64,000 nt of DNA from an uncultured Acidobacteriota bacterium (GCA_963757735.1 CAVWST010000021.1:88373-152372), one strand, 5' to 3'. Numbered from the stretch's first letter, positions 35,867-46,472 are shown. Numbers and translations are program-made. Notes: a model not told the origin generated them from the sequence alone.

Positions 35867-36712
35867 TGAAGAAGGTTCACGTTCGGCGACAGGAGCGCGG
35901 CTATGCGATGGCCGCGCTTCTCGTCGCGATGAGCGTGATGGCGATCGTCGCTGAGCACGGCAATGCCGGTGTATCAGACGGTCGCGCGGCGTGAACGCGA
36001 GGCCGAGCTCGTCTTCCGCGGAGAACAGTACGCCCGCGCCATCGCGCTCTTTCAACGCAAGTACGGCAATGCGCTGCCGCCTGACGTCGACGTCCTGATC
36101 GACCAGCGATTCCTTCGGAAGAAGTACAAGGACCCAATCACCGGCGGCGACTTTCAGTACCTCGGCGCCGGCAACCCGGAGCTCTCGCAAGCCCTGAGCA
36201 CGACACCGCAGCAGGCACTCGACGCGCAACGCGGTCGCGGTGCGGGTGGTACGGGAGCAACCGGCGGGCGCGGCACGCCGATCGGCGCAGGAGTCACCGG
36301 CGCCTCTCGCGGCGGACAACAGCAGTCACCGACGCAATCGACCTTCGGCCGAGGAACGCCACTCGGCGCACAAGGCATGCAGGCCGGACGCAGTCCATTC
36401 ACGGCTGGCGCGCAGGCAGCGAATGCGCAGGCCGCCGGAGGCATTCTTGCCGTCGCAAGCAAGAGCACTCAGACCTCAATGCGTCTGTACAACGGCAAGA
36501 ACAAATACAACGAGTGGCTCTTCATGGCCACTGCCGCTTCGACCCAGGCCGGGGCACCACCGGGATCAGGCGGGCAAACACCTGGCGGCCGAGGGGGCAG
36601 AGCCGGTGGTCGAGGGGGCGTGGGTCCCGGCCGCGGCAGCGGTGCGTCAACGCCGGTCGGGGGCGCGCGCGGACGGGGCGGGTTCTCGCCGATGGGCGCA
36701 AGAGGGAACTGA
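35866..36712 (+). CDS. Minor pseudopilin with Gly-rich low-complexity insert and tail (apparent frameshift near 35950)
   Basis: ATG 35866 gives MKKVHVRRQERG|YAMAALLVAMSVMAIV, which joins REREAELVFRGEQY..FLRKKYKDPITG of ORF 35963-36712. Confidence 0.7.
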
Positions 36713-36713
36713 T

Positions 36714-37778
36714 CTAGTTCCTGCCGAGTTCGTCCATCACTGCATCGTGCAACGCAGGGCGTATCTGCTTGATCGCGTCATTGTCCGGGGTTGGATGCAC
36801 GCGATTGGTCAGCAGAACGACATAGATCGCCGCATCCGGATCAATCCATAGCGACGTTCCCGTGAAGCCCACGTGGCCGAAGGCATGTGGCGAGAGGCGT
36901 GTTCCGCACGAGGACGTGGGTAGCATCGTGTCCCAACCAAGCGCGCGCGAACTCCCCGGTACGTCCGTACGGCGCGAGATGAACGTGCGAAGCGTCTGCT
37001 CCTGAAACGCGCCTTGCCGGCCTTCACGGATCTGGAGCAGATGCCGCGCGCATTCGCCGACTGCCTGCGCCGTCCCGAAGAGCCCGGCATGGCCGGCGAC
37101 ACCTCCGAGCGCCCACGCGTTGTCATCATCGACTTCGCCGACGAGCAATCGCCCTCGCCATTCGTCCCGCCTCGTCGGCGCGGTTCTCGCGCCCCACAGC
37201 ACCGGCGGGTGAAATTGCAAGTCCTGGATGCCACCCATCTGCTGTCGGAGCGTGTCGAATTGCAGTGAAAGGGGAGCACCGACGTCCTCGAGAATAAAGC
37301 CGAGGAGCATGAATCCAAGGTCGCTGTAGATCGACTTCGATCGCGGCGGATACGCAAGGGGAGTCGAACAGATCGCGCTCTCGAATGCGGCGCGTCCTTT
37401 GAACTCTCTATAGAAAGGCAGGTGCGCAGGTAACCCGCTGCAGTGAGTCAGCAGATCGCGGATGGTGACCGGTGCGCCACCGTGTTCGTCTCTCCAGAGC
37501 GAGACGTGGGTCGAAACTGGATCGTCGAGGCCCAGGCCGCCGTGTTCGACCCTTCGCATGATCAGCGGCGTCGTCGCCAGGACTTTCGTCAGCGACGCGA
37601 GGTCGAACACCGTGTCCTCACGCGTGTTCGCAGCCTCAATTTCCAAGGAAAGACGCCCGAAGGCCTGGCACCAGAGTGGCCGGTGCGCGGTGCCTACTTC
37701 GACGACGGCGGCGGGGAAGGCCTTGGCGGCAACTGCGCGCTCGAGTACCTGTCGTGCCCCCGCGAATGAGTGCGCCAC
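36714..37778 (-). CDS. Serine hydrolase, beta-lactamase/PBP-like (AmiE-type)
   Basis: FDLASLTK (SxxK), LLTHCSGL, YSDLG, GHAGLFG, FGHVGFTGTS. Confidence 0.88.
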   Translation of the reverse strand: MAHSFAGARQVLERAVAAKAFPAAVVEVGTAHRPLWCQAFGRLSLEIEAANTREDTVFDLASLTKVLATTPLIMRRVEHGGLGLDDPVSTHVSLWRDEHGGAPVTIRDLLTHCSGLPAHLPFYREFKGRAAFESAICSTPLAYPPRSKSIYSDLGFMLLGFILEDVGAPLSLQFDTLRQQMGGIQDLQFHPPVLWGARTAPTRRDEWRGRLLVGEVDDDNAWALGGVAGHAGLFGTAQAVGECARHLLQIREGRQGAFQEQTLRTFISRRTDVPGSSRALGWDTMLPTSSCGTRLSPHAFGHVGFTGTSLWIDPDAAIYVVLLTNRVHPTPDNDAIKQIRPALHDAVMDELGRN

Positions 37779-37787
37779 GGCGCGCGC

Positions 37788-38858
37788 CTATCGCGGGCCG
37801 CCAACGCCTGCGGCCTGCACACCTGACGGAGCGTCCGAGACTGACGCGAACACGCCGTCGCCCGAGAGCAGCACTGCGCCCGTCGAACGACTGTGATATC
37901 CAACGCGATCGACGATGCCTCGATCGAGCCACGCGCGCCAGGCCTGAAAATGCTCCCGGAGCGACACATCCGCATCCGCACGAGCGCCCGCCGCAATCGA
38001 GATCGTGGGACTCTTCGCGGTCAACCCGCTGCGCACGCGTTCCAGCAGATCTGTCAGCGCGGACTCTCTAAATCGCCGCCACTCGTCCGGGAACTCTTCG
38101 GCGTACGCGAAAGGATCGATCGCCTCAATCTCGTCGAGCCGTACGCGTTCGGCGGACGACATCGCGCTGCGCATCCGCGTGCGAAACAGATCCATCGCAT
38201 GCCGGCTGTAGTCGAAGTCCTCGCCCGGAAACTCGACGGCATCCAGGAACACGCCATCCGCCGCGTATCGTCCAACTGCAGTGACGACTGCGTCCACCAA
38301 ATACTGCGTCGCGGCCGGATCCAGAGGTGAGACGTACAAGCCGGCAACGCGATCCACGTTCGCTCGTGTCCAGCGCGCAATCCGTCCAAGGTAAGCAGGG
38401 CTGCGCGAATCGATCTTGAGCATCTCCGTGGCGATCTGCCGCGGCACCATCAACCATTCCGGATGCTGGTAGATGACGTGATCACGCGAGGCGGGAAGTT
38501 CGTCGGCGCTGGCCGCCATGTTCACGGTGACCGAGAGGTGAGCGGCGACACCGCGCTCGCGCGCCTCGCGAAGCAGCTCTGCTCCCGCATCGAAGGAATC
38601 GGAATCGCTGCGAGCACCGATTGCCAGCGGAGCGATCACCGCGTCATAGCCGCTCGACACCGCCGATGAGATCGCTCGCCGGATGTTGAGCGTCGACGAC
38701 ATCGACGACGACGGAATCCAGAACGCGCGCATCGACGTGCCGCCCGCAGCGACGAGGGCTGCGTGCGCCGCGGCGACGATCAGGGCTGCAGACGCGACTC
38801 GAAGCGGAATGCCCGCGCGCCGGAATCGGTGGCGGAATTCAGTGTGGCCGTACGCCAT
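37788..38858 (-). CDS. Secreted glycoside hydrolase-like 10 (DUF187/YddW-like) protein, divergent
   Basis: Signal-like N-terminus; RAFWI, HPEW, RYAADGVFLD..FP, QAWRAWLDRG resemble GHL10. Confidence 0.6.
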   Translation of the reverse strand: MAYGHTEFRHRFRRAGIPLRVASAALIVAAAHAALVAAGGTSMRAFWIPSSSMSSTLNIRRAISSAVSSGYDAVIAPLAIGARSDSDSFDAGAELLREARERGVAAHLSVTVNMAASADELPASRDHVIYQHPEWLMVPRQIATEMLKIDSRSPAYLGRIARWTRANVDRVAGLYVSPLDPAATQYLVDAVVTAVGRYAADGVFLDAVEFPGEDFDYSRHAMDLFRTRMRSAMSSAERVRLDEIEAIDPFAYAEEFPDEWRRFRESALTDLLERVRSGLTAKSPTISIAAGARADADVSLREHFQAWRAWLDRGIVDRVGYHSRSTGAVLLSGDGVFASVSDAPSGVQAAGVGGPR

Positions 38859-38895
38859 CTAACGAGCGGAATGTACCATACTTATCGCGTTCACG

Positions 38896-39831
38896 ATGTA
38901 TGTATTGGGTATCGATGCTGGCGGCACGAAGACCGTGTGCTTGCTTGCCGACGATAGTGGTCGCGTACTCGCCGAGTCACACGGAGGTGGCGCCAATTTG
39001 CAGGCGTCAGGCGAGCTCGCCGTCGAGAAGGTCCTGCATCAAGTGATGGAGGACACGCTCGCGCAACGCGACGTGCGACCGGACGCGATTTGCCTGGGGA
39101 TTGCAGGCGTCGATCGTCCGAACGACGCTCAAGCGATTCAAGGCATCATGCGACGGATTGGTTTCAAGGCGCGCGTCACCGTCGTCAACGATGCGCTCGT
39201 CGCGTTGGTGGCGGGCGCTGGCGAACAAGCCGGTGTGGTTATCGTCGCCGGTACAGGGTCGATCGCGTACGGCGTCGATGCGTCAAAACGCGCGTGTCGC
39301 GCCGGAGGCTGGGGTTACCTGCTTGGCGACGAAGGCGGTGGGTACTGGATTGGTCGCGCGGCGCTTTGGGCGGTCGTGCGGGCATTCGATGGCCGTGGAC
39401 CAGCAACCAGGCTCACCGAGCTCGTGCTTGCCGAGATGCATCTCGCGACGCCCTCCGAGCTTATTCACGCCATCTACGATCGTGGACTTCAGCGACCGCT
39501 CCTGGCCGGCCTCGCCGCTGTCGTGCGAGAGGCCATGCTCACGGGCGACGCGGTCGCCTCGGACATCCTCGCGCGCGCAGCCGAAGAACTCGTCGGTGCG
39601 GCGGCATCAGTGGTGACACGACTCGGGATGCGCGGCGATGTCTTTCCGACGATCCTTGCAGGCGGAATCTTCAGAGCAATACCGGCGCTCTCGGCTGATG
39701 TCTGTCAACGTATGGCCGAGGTCGCACCTCGAAGCGAGGTCCGCTCCCTCGACGTTGAGCCTGCACGAGGGGCAGTCACCCTCGCTCTTGCGGCCGCGCG
39801 AGGAACGCTCTTGCTGCCGTCCTACATCTGA
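38896..39831 (+). CDS. BadF/BadG-family N-acetylglucosamine/N-acetylmuramate kinase
   Basis: GIDAGGTKT, VNDA, AGTGSIAYG, GGWGYLLGDEG. Confidence 0.88.
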   Translation: MYVLGIDAGGTKTVCLLADDSGRVLAESHGGGANLQASGELAVEKVLHQVMEDTLAQRDVRPDAICLGIAGVDRPNDAQAIQGIMRRIGFKARVTVVNDALVALVAGAGEQAGVVIVAGTGSIAYGVDASKRACRAGGWGYLLGDEGGGYWIGRAALWAVVRAFDGRGPATRLTELVLAEMHLATPSELIHAIYDRGLQRPLLAGLAAVVREAMLTGDAVASDILARAAEELVGAAASVVTRLGMRGDVFPTILAGGIFRAIPALSADVCQRMAEVAPRSEVRSLDVEPARGAVTLALAAARGTLLLPSYI

Positions 39832-39836
39832 CGCTC

Positions 39837-40565
39837 TTGGACGTCACGATCTTCGAAACCGCAACGGAAGCCAGCCGGGCGCTTGCTCGACGTGTCGCTG
39901 ACACGTTGCGCCGCACTCCCGATCTCGTCCTTGGCCTGCCTGCAGGTCGAACACCTGTCGAGACCTACACGGAACTGGGCCGACTCCATTCAACAGGGAA
40001 GGCCGACTTCTCTCATGCGACGGCGTTCCTGCTGGATGAATTCGTCGGTCTCGACGCGTCTCACGTCGGCAGCTTCCGGCGATTCCTGACGCAGCACCTG
40101 CTCTCGGGAATCAACCTCAATCCCAACCAGACACACAGCCTCAATGGAGTGGCGCCCGATCCGGACAGTGAATGCGAGCGTTACGAAGAAACGATCGCAG
40201 CGGTAGGTGGCCTCGATCTTCTGCTGCTCGGGCTTGGCGTCAACGGACACATCGGGTTCAACGAGCCTGGACAGACTCTGGCCGCACGCACGCATCGAGT
40301 TGCCCTGCTCGACTCGACGCGTGCGGAGAACGCAGGCCCTTTCGGCGGAGCGGCTTCCCGCGTTCCGACAGAGGCGCTGTCGATTGGGATAGGAACGATC
40401 CTTCGTGCCGAGACGATCGTGATAATCGCAACAGGCGAGCGTAAGGCGCCCGCGGTGGCTGGAATGCTGCGCGGACCTGTCACGACGACGCTGCCTGCGT
40501 CGTTCCTCCAACTCCATCGTCGAGTCGAGGCGTATCTGGATCGCGCAGCAGCGGCCGCGTTATGA
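39837..40565 (+). CDS. nagB: Glucosamine-6-phosphate deaminase
   Basis: LGLPAGRTP, LDEFVGL, GLGVNGHIGFNEPG, PASFLQLH. Confidence 0.92.
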   Translation: MDVTIFETATEASRALARRVADTLRRTPDLVLGLPAGRTPVETYTELGRLHSTGKADFSHATAFLLDEFVGLDASHVGSFRRFLTQHLLSGINLNPNQTHSLNGVAPDPDSECERYEETIAAVGGLDLLLLGLGVNGHIGFNEPGQTLAARTHRVALLDSTRAENAGPFGGAASRVPTEALSIGIGTILRAETIVIIATGERKAPAVAGMLRGPVTTTLPASFLQLHRRVEAYLDRAAAAAL

Positions 40566-41579
40566 CCGTCGCCTGCGGGTGGTGTCGTCGCCAGACTTCA
40601 CCGTGCTGAACTCATTTGCGACAGCGGCCGCTTCGGCGTGTCCCTGGAGCAAGCCGCGCAGACGAGGCTCGATATCTTCACCGAGCGCCTCGCGCATCGA
40701 GTCATGCGCTTTCCGCAAACGCGAGAGCGCTTTGGTGTACGACAAACCGGTCTTCTGCATGACGATCGCGGCCTTGACGTTCCAATGCGCCACCTTGAGC
40801 AGGCGATCGGCGTCGTCGTACTCGAGGCCGGTGACGATGTTCACGATCCGTCGCGCGCGATCTTTCAGTTTCTCCGAGCCTGTCTGCACGTCGACCATCA
40901 GGTTCCCGTAGGTCTTACCCATTCGAATCATCGCGCCGGTGGTCAACATGTTCAGGACGAGCTTGGTGGCGGTGCCCGCCTTGAGTCTCGTTGAGCCGGC
41001 AATGACTTCGGCGCCCACACCTGGCGCGATCGTGAGATCGACGAACGTCTGCAACTCAGTACCCGGGTCACACGTGACGAAGATGATCCGTGCGCCAACC
41101 TTACGCGCGATTGTGAGGGCACCGCGGACGAACTGCGTCATGCCGCTCGCCGACACGCCGATCACGATGTCTTTCTTGTTTGGCCGGAGACGTGAGACTG
41201 CGCGCGCGCCCTCTTCGTAGTGATCCTCGACACCTTCCTTCGCGGCAAAGATCGCGTCGCGCCCGCCGGCCATCACCGCCTGAATATTCTCTGGCTCCGT
41301 TCCAAACGTCGGCGGCATCTCGGCGGACTCGAGGATGCCCAGGCGTCCACTCGTACCGGCGCCCACGAAAACGATCCGTCCGCCCTTGCGGAGTGCCGCC
41401 GCGATCATCTCCACGCCGACGGCGATGCGTTCGCGCTCGCGCCTCACGGCTTCGAGCATCTTGCGGTCTTCGTTGAGCATCAGGTCGACGATGTCGTCGG
41501 ACGCGAGTTTATCGATCCCGAGACTGACCGCGTTGATGGCCTCGGTGGGCAGCGACTGCCACTTTGAACGCACGGGCAT
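40560..41579 (-). CDS. murQ: N-acetylmuramic acid 6-phosphate etherase
   Basis: GAGTSGRLG, EMPPTFG, GSTRLKAGTATKLVLNM, YGNLMVDV. Confidence 0.95.
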   Translation of the reverse strand: MPVRSKWQSLPTEAINAVSLGIDKLASDDIVDLMLNEDRKMLEAVRRERERIAVGVEMIAAALRKGGRIVFVGAGTSGRLGILESAEMPPTFGTEPENIQAVMAGGRDAIFAAKEGVEDHYEEGARAVSRLRPNKKDIVIGVSASGMTQFVRGALTIARKVGARIIFVTCDPGTELQTFVDLTIAPGVGAEVIAGSTRLKAGTATKLVLNMLTTGAMIRMGKTYGNLMVDVQTGSEKLKDRARRIVNIVTGLEYDDADRLLKVAHWNVKAAIVMQKTGLSYTKALSRLRKAHDSMREALGEDIEPRLRGLLQGHAEAAAVANEFSTVKSGDDTTRRRRS

Positions 41580-41645
41580 ACGACTACAATTCTATCCGGA
41601 GCGGGTCAGGACCGAGGCCCCAACCGGATCAAACTGGCGACCACT

Positions 41646-42533
41646 GTGTCCGCATTAGACGCGTATCTCACGCACCTCACCGTTGAGCGTCGTCTCGCGG
41701 CCAACTCGATCGAGAGCTACGCGCGCGATCTGAATGGGTTGGCCGAATTCGCGGCTGGTCGAGGAACGTCAGTCGAGCAATTGACACGGCAGGACCTCGA
41801 GGAAGTCGTAAGGGACATGATGTCCCAGGGCCGGTCACCGCGATCGGTGGCGCGCGCTGTCGCATGCTATCGAGGGTTCTATCGCTTCCTGCTGATCGAT
41901 GGACGGCTGCGTACGAATCCCTCAGAGGATCTGCATCCGCCGCGCGCGTGGAAGGTGCTGCCACGATATCTTTCCGTCGAGGATGTTGATCTTCTGATCG
42001 CGCAGCCCGATGTCTCGACACCGCGCGGCCTTCGCGATCGCGCCATTATCGAGTTGCTGTACGCAACCGGCATGCGCGTGTCCGAGCTCGTTGCTCTTCG
42101 GCCGGCGGACGTCAATCTGGAGGCGTCGTACTTGACCTGTACGGGCAAGGGTGACAAGCAGCGCATCGTTCCCATCGGCGACGAGGCGGCGACGTGGGTG
42201 AAACGCTATCTGCAACAGCCGCGCAGCGTGCTGCTCGGGAAACGACGGAGCAACCGGCTCTTCGTCAACGCGCGTGGTGGAGGTATCGGGCTGTCGCGGG
42301 TCGGCTTCTGGAAGATTCTCAAGAGCTACGCACGCCAGGCAGGCATCACGAGGTCACTCAGTCCACATATGCTTCGCCACTCGTTTGCGACGCATCTCCT
42401 CGAGCGTGGCGCAGACCTCCGAGCCATCCAGATGATGTTGGGTCACGCCGATCTCTCGACGACGCAGATCTACACACACGTGCTCGAGCAACGCCTGCGC
42501 ACCATTTACGATCAGTTCCACCCACGGGCATGA
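41646..42533 (+). CDS. xerD: Site-specific tyrosine recombinase XerD
   Basis: LRDRAIIELLYATGMRVSEL, GKGDKQRIVP, SPHMLRHSFATHLL, LGHADLSTTQIYTHV, HPRA. Confidence 0.93.
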   Translation: MSALDAYLTHLTVERRLAANSIESYARDLNGLAEFAAGRGTSVEQLTRQDLEEVVRDMMSQGRSPRSVARAVACYRGFYRFLLIDGRLRTNPSEDLHPPRAWKVLPRYLSVEDVDLLIAQPDVSTPRGLRDRAIIELLYATGMRVSELVALRPADVNLEASYLTCTGKGDKQRIVPIGDEAATWVKRYLQQPRSVLLGKRRSNRLFVNARGGGIGLSRVGFWKILKSYARQAGITRSLSPHMLRHSFATHLLERGADLRAIQMMLGHADLSTTQIYTHVLEQRLRTIYDQFHPRA

Positions 42534-44209
42534 ACAAGTGGGTGTGGGCACTGGTTGCCGTCGCCGGGGGTATTGCGTGGCACTTGCTGCTGCCGCCTCA
42601 GTCGGTGACGCTGTCGACGAGTTCGACCGACGAGGCGCCGATCCGCGGCGCGATTCACGTTCACACCCGACGCTCGGACGGCACCGGAACGGTGGACGAC
42701 GTTGCCGCCGCCGCGCGACGCGCGGGTCTGCAGTTCGTGATCTTTACCGACCATGGCGACGGAACACGTGGTTCGGATACTCCGGTGTATCGCTCCGGAG
42801 TCCTCTGCATTGATGCCGTCGAGATCAGCACCAACGGCGGGCATGTCGTTGCGTTAGGCCTCCCACAGTCTGAGTTCCCCCTGGCTGGGGAACTCGCTGA
42901 CGTTCTCGAAGACGTGCGCCGGATGGGAGCGATGTCGATCGCCGCGCATCCGGATTCCCCTCGCGCGGAACTGCGGTGGAATGACTGGAACGCCGCATTC
43001 GACGGTATCGAGTGGCTGAACGGCGACAGTCAGTGGCGCGACGAAGGGTGGGGCACACTTGGTCGCGCGCTGTTCACGTATCCGTTTCGACGCGCGGCGA
43101 CGCTTGTGACGTTGCTCGATCGTCCCGACGATCTCCTGAATCGATGGGACACGATGATTCGCGAAAGGTCCGTCGTCACTGTCGCCGCGGCGGACGCGCA
43201 CGCGCGTGTCGGGCCCGGTGGTGATCCCTACGGCCGCTCGCTGTCAGTACACCTGCCATCGTACGAACAGGTCTTCCGCGGGTTGTCGATTTCATTGCCA
43301 CGCGTGCAGTTACACGGGAACGCGGCAGAAGATGCGGAGGTCGTGCTCGACGCGATCCGCAGCGGCCGTGTCTTCTCGACGATTGATGCGCTCGCGAGCC
43401 CGGCGAAGTTTACGTTCACCGCAATGAGCGGCGCACATCAAGCCGTGATGGGCGAGCGTCTGTCACTCGATGGCCCGGTGATGCTGCGCGTCGAGACCAA
43501 TGGTCCCGATGGTTCGACCATCAGGTTGCTGTCGGAAGGAAAGGCAGTCGCATCGGGCGCGCTGCCAGTTCTGGAATTCACGGCACCGTCGAAGCCAGCT
43601 GTGTATCGCGTCGAGATCGAGAGCCCAGGCGCGCCCGGTTCGCCCGCCATTCCATGGCTTCTGTCGAATCCGATCTACGTCGGGAGCGAAACACCTCCCG
43701 AGACGTCGTCACGAGCCGCTCCGATCGCAGAGACAGTTGTTGTGTACTCAAACGGTTTGGCTGCTGACTGGCGTGTCGAGAAGAGCGTGCGTTCCGAAGG
43801 CACGATCGACGTCGCGAAGAGCGTCGACGGCATGCAGCTACTCCTGCGCTATGGCCTGGGTGGAACGTTGTCGGAGTCGCCATACGTAGCTGCGGTGGTC
43901 GCATCGGGTTCGGATCTCGCAAGGTTTACCCGGATCGTGTTTACCGCACGAGCGCTGCAGCCCATGCGACTCACGTTTCAGCTGCGTGCGTCTGGTGCCA
44001 CGGATCGTCGGTGGGGAAGATCGGTGTACCTCGACAACACGGCGCGCACGGTGACCATCCCCTTCGATGAGATGTCGCCGCTTGGCGCGGCCACCGGCCG
44101 CCCCTTGCTCGAAGACGTCCGTGACCTCCTGTTCGTGGTAGACACGGTTCACGCCAAGCAGGGATCGAGCGGACAGGTCTGGCTCGACGAGATTCGCTAC
44201 GTTCGGTAG
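42530..44209 (+). CDS. PHP-domain (CehA/McbA-like) metallohydrolase with C-terminal beta-sandwich domain
   Basis: N-terminal TM, HVHTRRSDG, TDH, AHP, ADAH, SNPIYV; ATGA overlap with the xerD stop. Confidence 0.75.
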   Translation: MNKWVWALVAVAGGIAWHLLLPPQSVTLSTSSTDEAPIRGAIHVHTRRSDGTGTVDDVAAAARRAGLQFVIFTDHGDGTRGSDTPVYRSGVLCIDAVEISTNGGHVVALGLPQSEFPLAGELADVLEDVRRMGAMSIAAHPDSPRAELRWNDWNAAFDGIEWLNGDSQWRDEGWGTLGRALFTYPFRRAATLVTLLDRPDDLLNRWDTMIRERSVVTVAAADAHARVGPGGDPYGRSLSVHLPSYEQVFRGLSISLPRVQLHGNAAEDAEVVLDAIRSGRVFSTIDALASPAKFTFTAMSGAHQAVMGERLSLDGPVMLRVETNGPDGSTIRLLSEGKAVASGALPVLEFTAPSKPAVYRVEIESPGAPGSPAIPWLLSNPIYVGSETPPETSSRAAPIAETVVVYSNGLAADWRVEKSVRSEGTIDVAKSVDGMQLLLRYGLGGTLSESPYVAAVVASGSDLARFTRIVFTARALQPMRLTFQLRASGATDRRWGRSVYLDNTARTVTIPFDEMSPLGAATGRPLLEDVRDLLFVVDTVHAKQGSSGQVWLDEIRYVR

Positions 44210-44213
44210 CGAA

Positions 44214-46472
44214 TCAGGTTCGGACCGTCAGCAGAAGGTATGCAGCGCCGACGCCAAACAGCAGATTCGGTGCCCAGGCAGCAAGCACGGGTGTCAGGAC
44301 TCCGCCTGAGCCCATCGCCGCGAAGAAGAGAATCGTGATCCAGTACACCAGCGCGATCGCGATGCCAACACCGATGCCTGCCATCGCTCCGCTTCGTCCG
44401 ATCGTGACCGCAAAGGGCACCGCGATGAGCGTCATGACGATCGTGACGAACGGAAAGGACAGTTTTCGGTACAGCGCCACGCGCTGACGAACCACATCGA
44501 AGCCGCTTTGCGCGAGTTGCTCCGTGTAGGCTCTCAGTTGCGTGAAACTCATGAACTCGGGATCGGGCGAATCGGTCGAGAAGTGCTCCGGGGGCTCGAG
44601 CGCACGATTGACCGTCGCGAACTCGGAGTACGACGCCGGCTCTCCGCTCGGATCGAATGTTCTCGTCCAGCCACGACCCACGTTCCAGGTGGCGCCTGTA
44701 TAACGCGCCTCATCGCCGAACGTGCGCTGCGTCATGCGCCGCATCGCACCGTCGAATTCGTAGACCCACAGGCCGCTGAAGCGTTTGGCGACCGGATCGA
44801 AGGATGTGTAGTGGTATATCGAGCCATCGCGCCCTACGACCCACCGGCGATTCAGTACGTCGAACGTTTCTGGTGAGCCGCCGTCGAGGACGTGACGAAT
44901 GACGCGCGCACGATGGTTGGCGGGACCGAGAATTGTCTGTTCAAGCATGAAGAGAAAAGCACCTGCCGCAACGGCGGCGGCCACCATCGGCAACGAGAAG
45001 CGATACAGGCTGATGCCGCATGCCTTCATCACGACGAGTTCGCTGTTCTTGGTCAGGATCGCAACCGTCACGAGTGACGCGAGCAGGACCGAGAGCGGCA
45101 CGATGTAATACAGATACTGGGGAGTCGTGAATACGAAGAACTGACCCAACATTCCCCACGTGCCGGTTCCCCTGAACACCTTCTCCGACAGGTCGATGAA
45201 GGCCGACACATAAAACACACCGATCAGCGCAACACCGGCCAGTGCGAGCAAGCGAAGGTAGGTGAAGGTGACGTAACGATCGAGGATCCCGAAGGGGAGC
45301 GCGGCATGTCCCATTGCCTGCGTGCGCTCCGCAAGCCGTCGGATGAGGGATTGAGCGAACGGGATGGTGATCGGCCGATCTGCGACTCTGTCCCGCCACT
45401 TGAACAGCATTGCGCCGAGAGTTCCCAGAACGATATTGGCGAGCCACGCGGCGAGCCACGACGGCACGAGCTGTCCCCGGACGAGCGACTGCCCGAACCA
45501 GAGAAGCAGGTAATACGCAAAGATCACCGCGACGCCGACGACAAAGCTCGCCAGCTTCGCGTCGCGACGATTGGTCGCGCCGAGTGCCAGCCCGATCAAC
45601 CCGAACACGAGGCAGGCCGCGGGTATCGAGTACCGCTTGTTGAGTTCGAATATCTCGTTGTGTGGCGACTCACCTGCGGTTCGCATACCCGCGATGCGCT
45701 CGCGCAACTCGGGCACCGACATTTCACGCAGACCCTTCGAAATACTCCCCACGCCGAACATGCCAGCCGGATTGATGTTCAGGACGAGGTAGTCGCCTCG
45801 TGCCACCACATATCCGCTCTTCGCATCAGCCGTATGACGCGTCCAGTCCTCGAGGACCAGTTCAACCGTCTTGGCGTTGCGATTGATGACTGCCCGCCCG
45901 TGCCGCGCCAGATAGACGGAGGCACCTTCGCCGGATCGGTTGTCTGCGATGAAGACGCCATCCCAGCCTCCGGTCTGGGGCAACTCCCGCGCGTAGACGA
46001 CGATGTTCGGGAACCCCTCGAAGAAGACCCGCGGTTTGACTTCGTTTTCCGCACTCGACGCAATGATGTTGAAGGTAATTTCGCGGAAGGCCTGGTTCCC
46101 AATCGGAATCAGCACCATGTAGACGTATGCGGTAGCCAGGGCGCTCGTCGTCGCTACAAGAGCAACCGGGCGAAACAACCGATAGAGGCTGACGCCGCAC
46201 GCCTGCATCGCCACGAACTCCCGGTCGGCCGAAAGCCGCCCGAAGGCCACGAGCAGCGCCAAAAGAAGCGACATCGGAATCGTCAGCGCAAGCGCGTACG
46301 GCAGGAGCGTCACGATCAGCCGTCCGACGGTGAGGAGCGGGACCCCCTTCGACACGTATTGCTCGGCGTACCGCATGAGCTCTGGAACGACCAGGAGAAA
46401 CGTGAAGATGGCCAGGCCAAGGCTGAACGGCCAAGCCATCTGACGAAGGATGTAGCGGTCGAGAGTGCGCAT
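44214..46472 (-). CDS. Fused LptF-LptG LPS export ABC permease
   Basis: Two tandem YjgP/Q units, each starting LDRY and containing E(F/L)V(A/V)M(Q/K)ACG(V/I)S; ends AAWAPNLLF. Confidence 0.88.
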   Translation of the reverse strand: MRTLDRYILRQMAWPFSLGLAIFTFLLVVPELMRYAEQYVSKGVPLLTVGRLIVTLLPYALALTIPMSLLLALLVAFGRLSADREFVAMQACGVSLYRLFRPVALVATTSALATAYVYMVLIPIGNQAFREITFNIIASSAENEVKPRVFFEGFPNIVVYARELPQTGGWDGVFIADNRSGEGASVYLARHGRAVINRNAKTVELVLEDWTRHTADAKSGYVVARGDYLVLNINPAGMFGVGSISKGLREMSVPELRERIAGMRTAGESPHNEIFELNKRYSIPAACLVFGLIGLALGATNRRDAKLASFVVGVAVIFAYYLLLWFGQSLVRGQLVPSWLAAWLANIVLGTLGAMLFKWRDRVADRPITIPFAQSLIRRLAERTQAMGHAALPFGILDRYVTFTYLRLLALAGVALIGVFYVSAFIDLSEKVFRGTGTWGMLGQFFVFTTPQYLYYIVPLSVLLASLVTVAILTKNSELVVMKACGISLYRFSLPMVAAAVAAGAFLFMLEQTILGPANHRARVIRHVLDGGSPETFDVLNRRWVVGRDGSIYHYTSFDPVAKRFSGLWVYEFDGAMRRMTQRTFGDEARYTGATWNVGRGWTRTFDPSGEPASYSEFATVNRALEPPEHFSTDSPDPEFMSFTQLRAYTEQLAQSGFDVVRQRVALYRKLSFPFVTIVMTLIAVPFAVTIGRSGAMAGIGVGIAIALVYWITILFFAAMGSGGVLTPVLAAWAPNLLFGVGAAYLLLTVRT

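Noticed and set aside
41646-42533. Tyrosine recombinase as a phage or island integrase
   Set aside because: Length and motifs match housekeeping XerD; no att/tRNA or mobile cargo adjacent.
44214-46472. LptF-LptG fusion as a novelty or artefact
   Set aside because: Clean single ORF with two complete units; to my knowledge such fusions are already annotated in Acidobacteria, so it is listed only as a feature.
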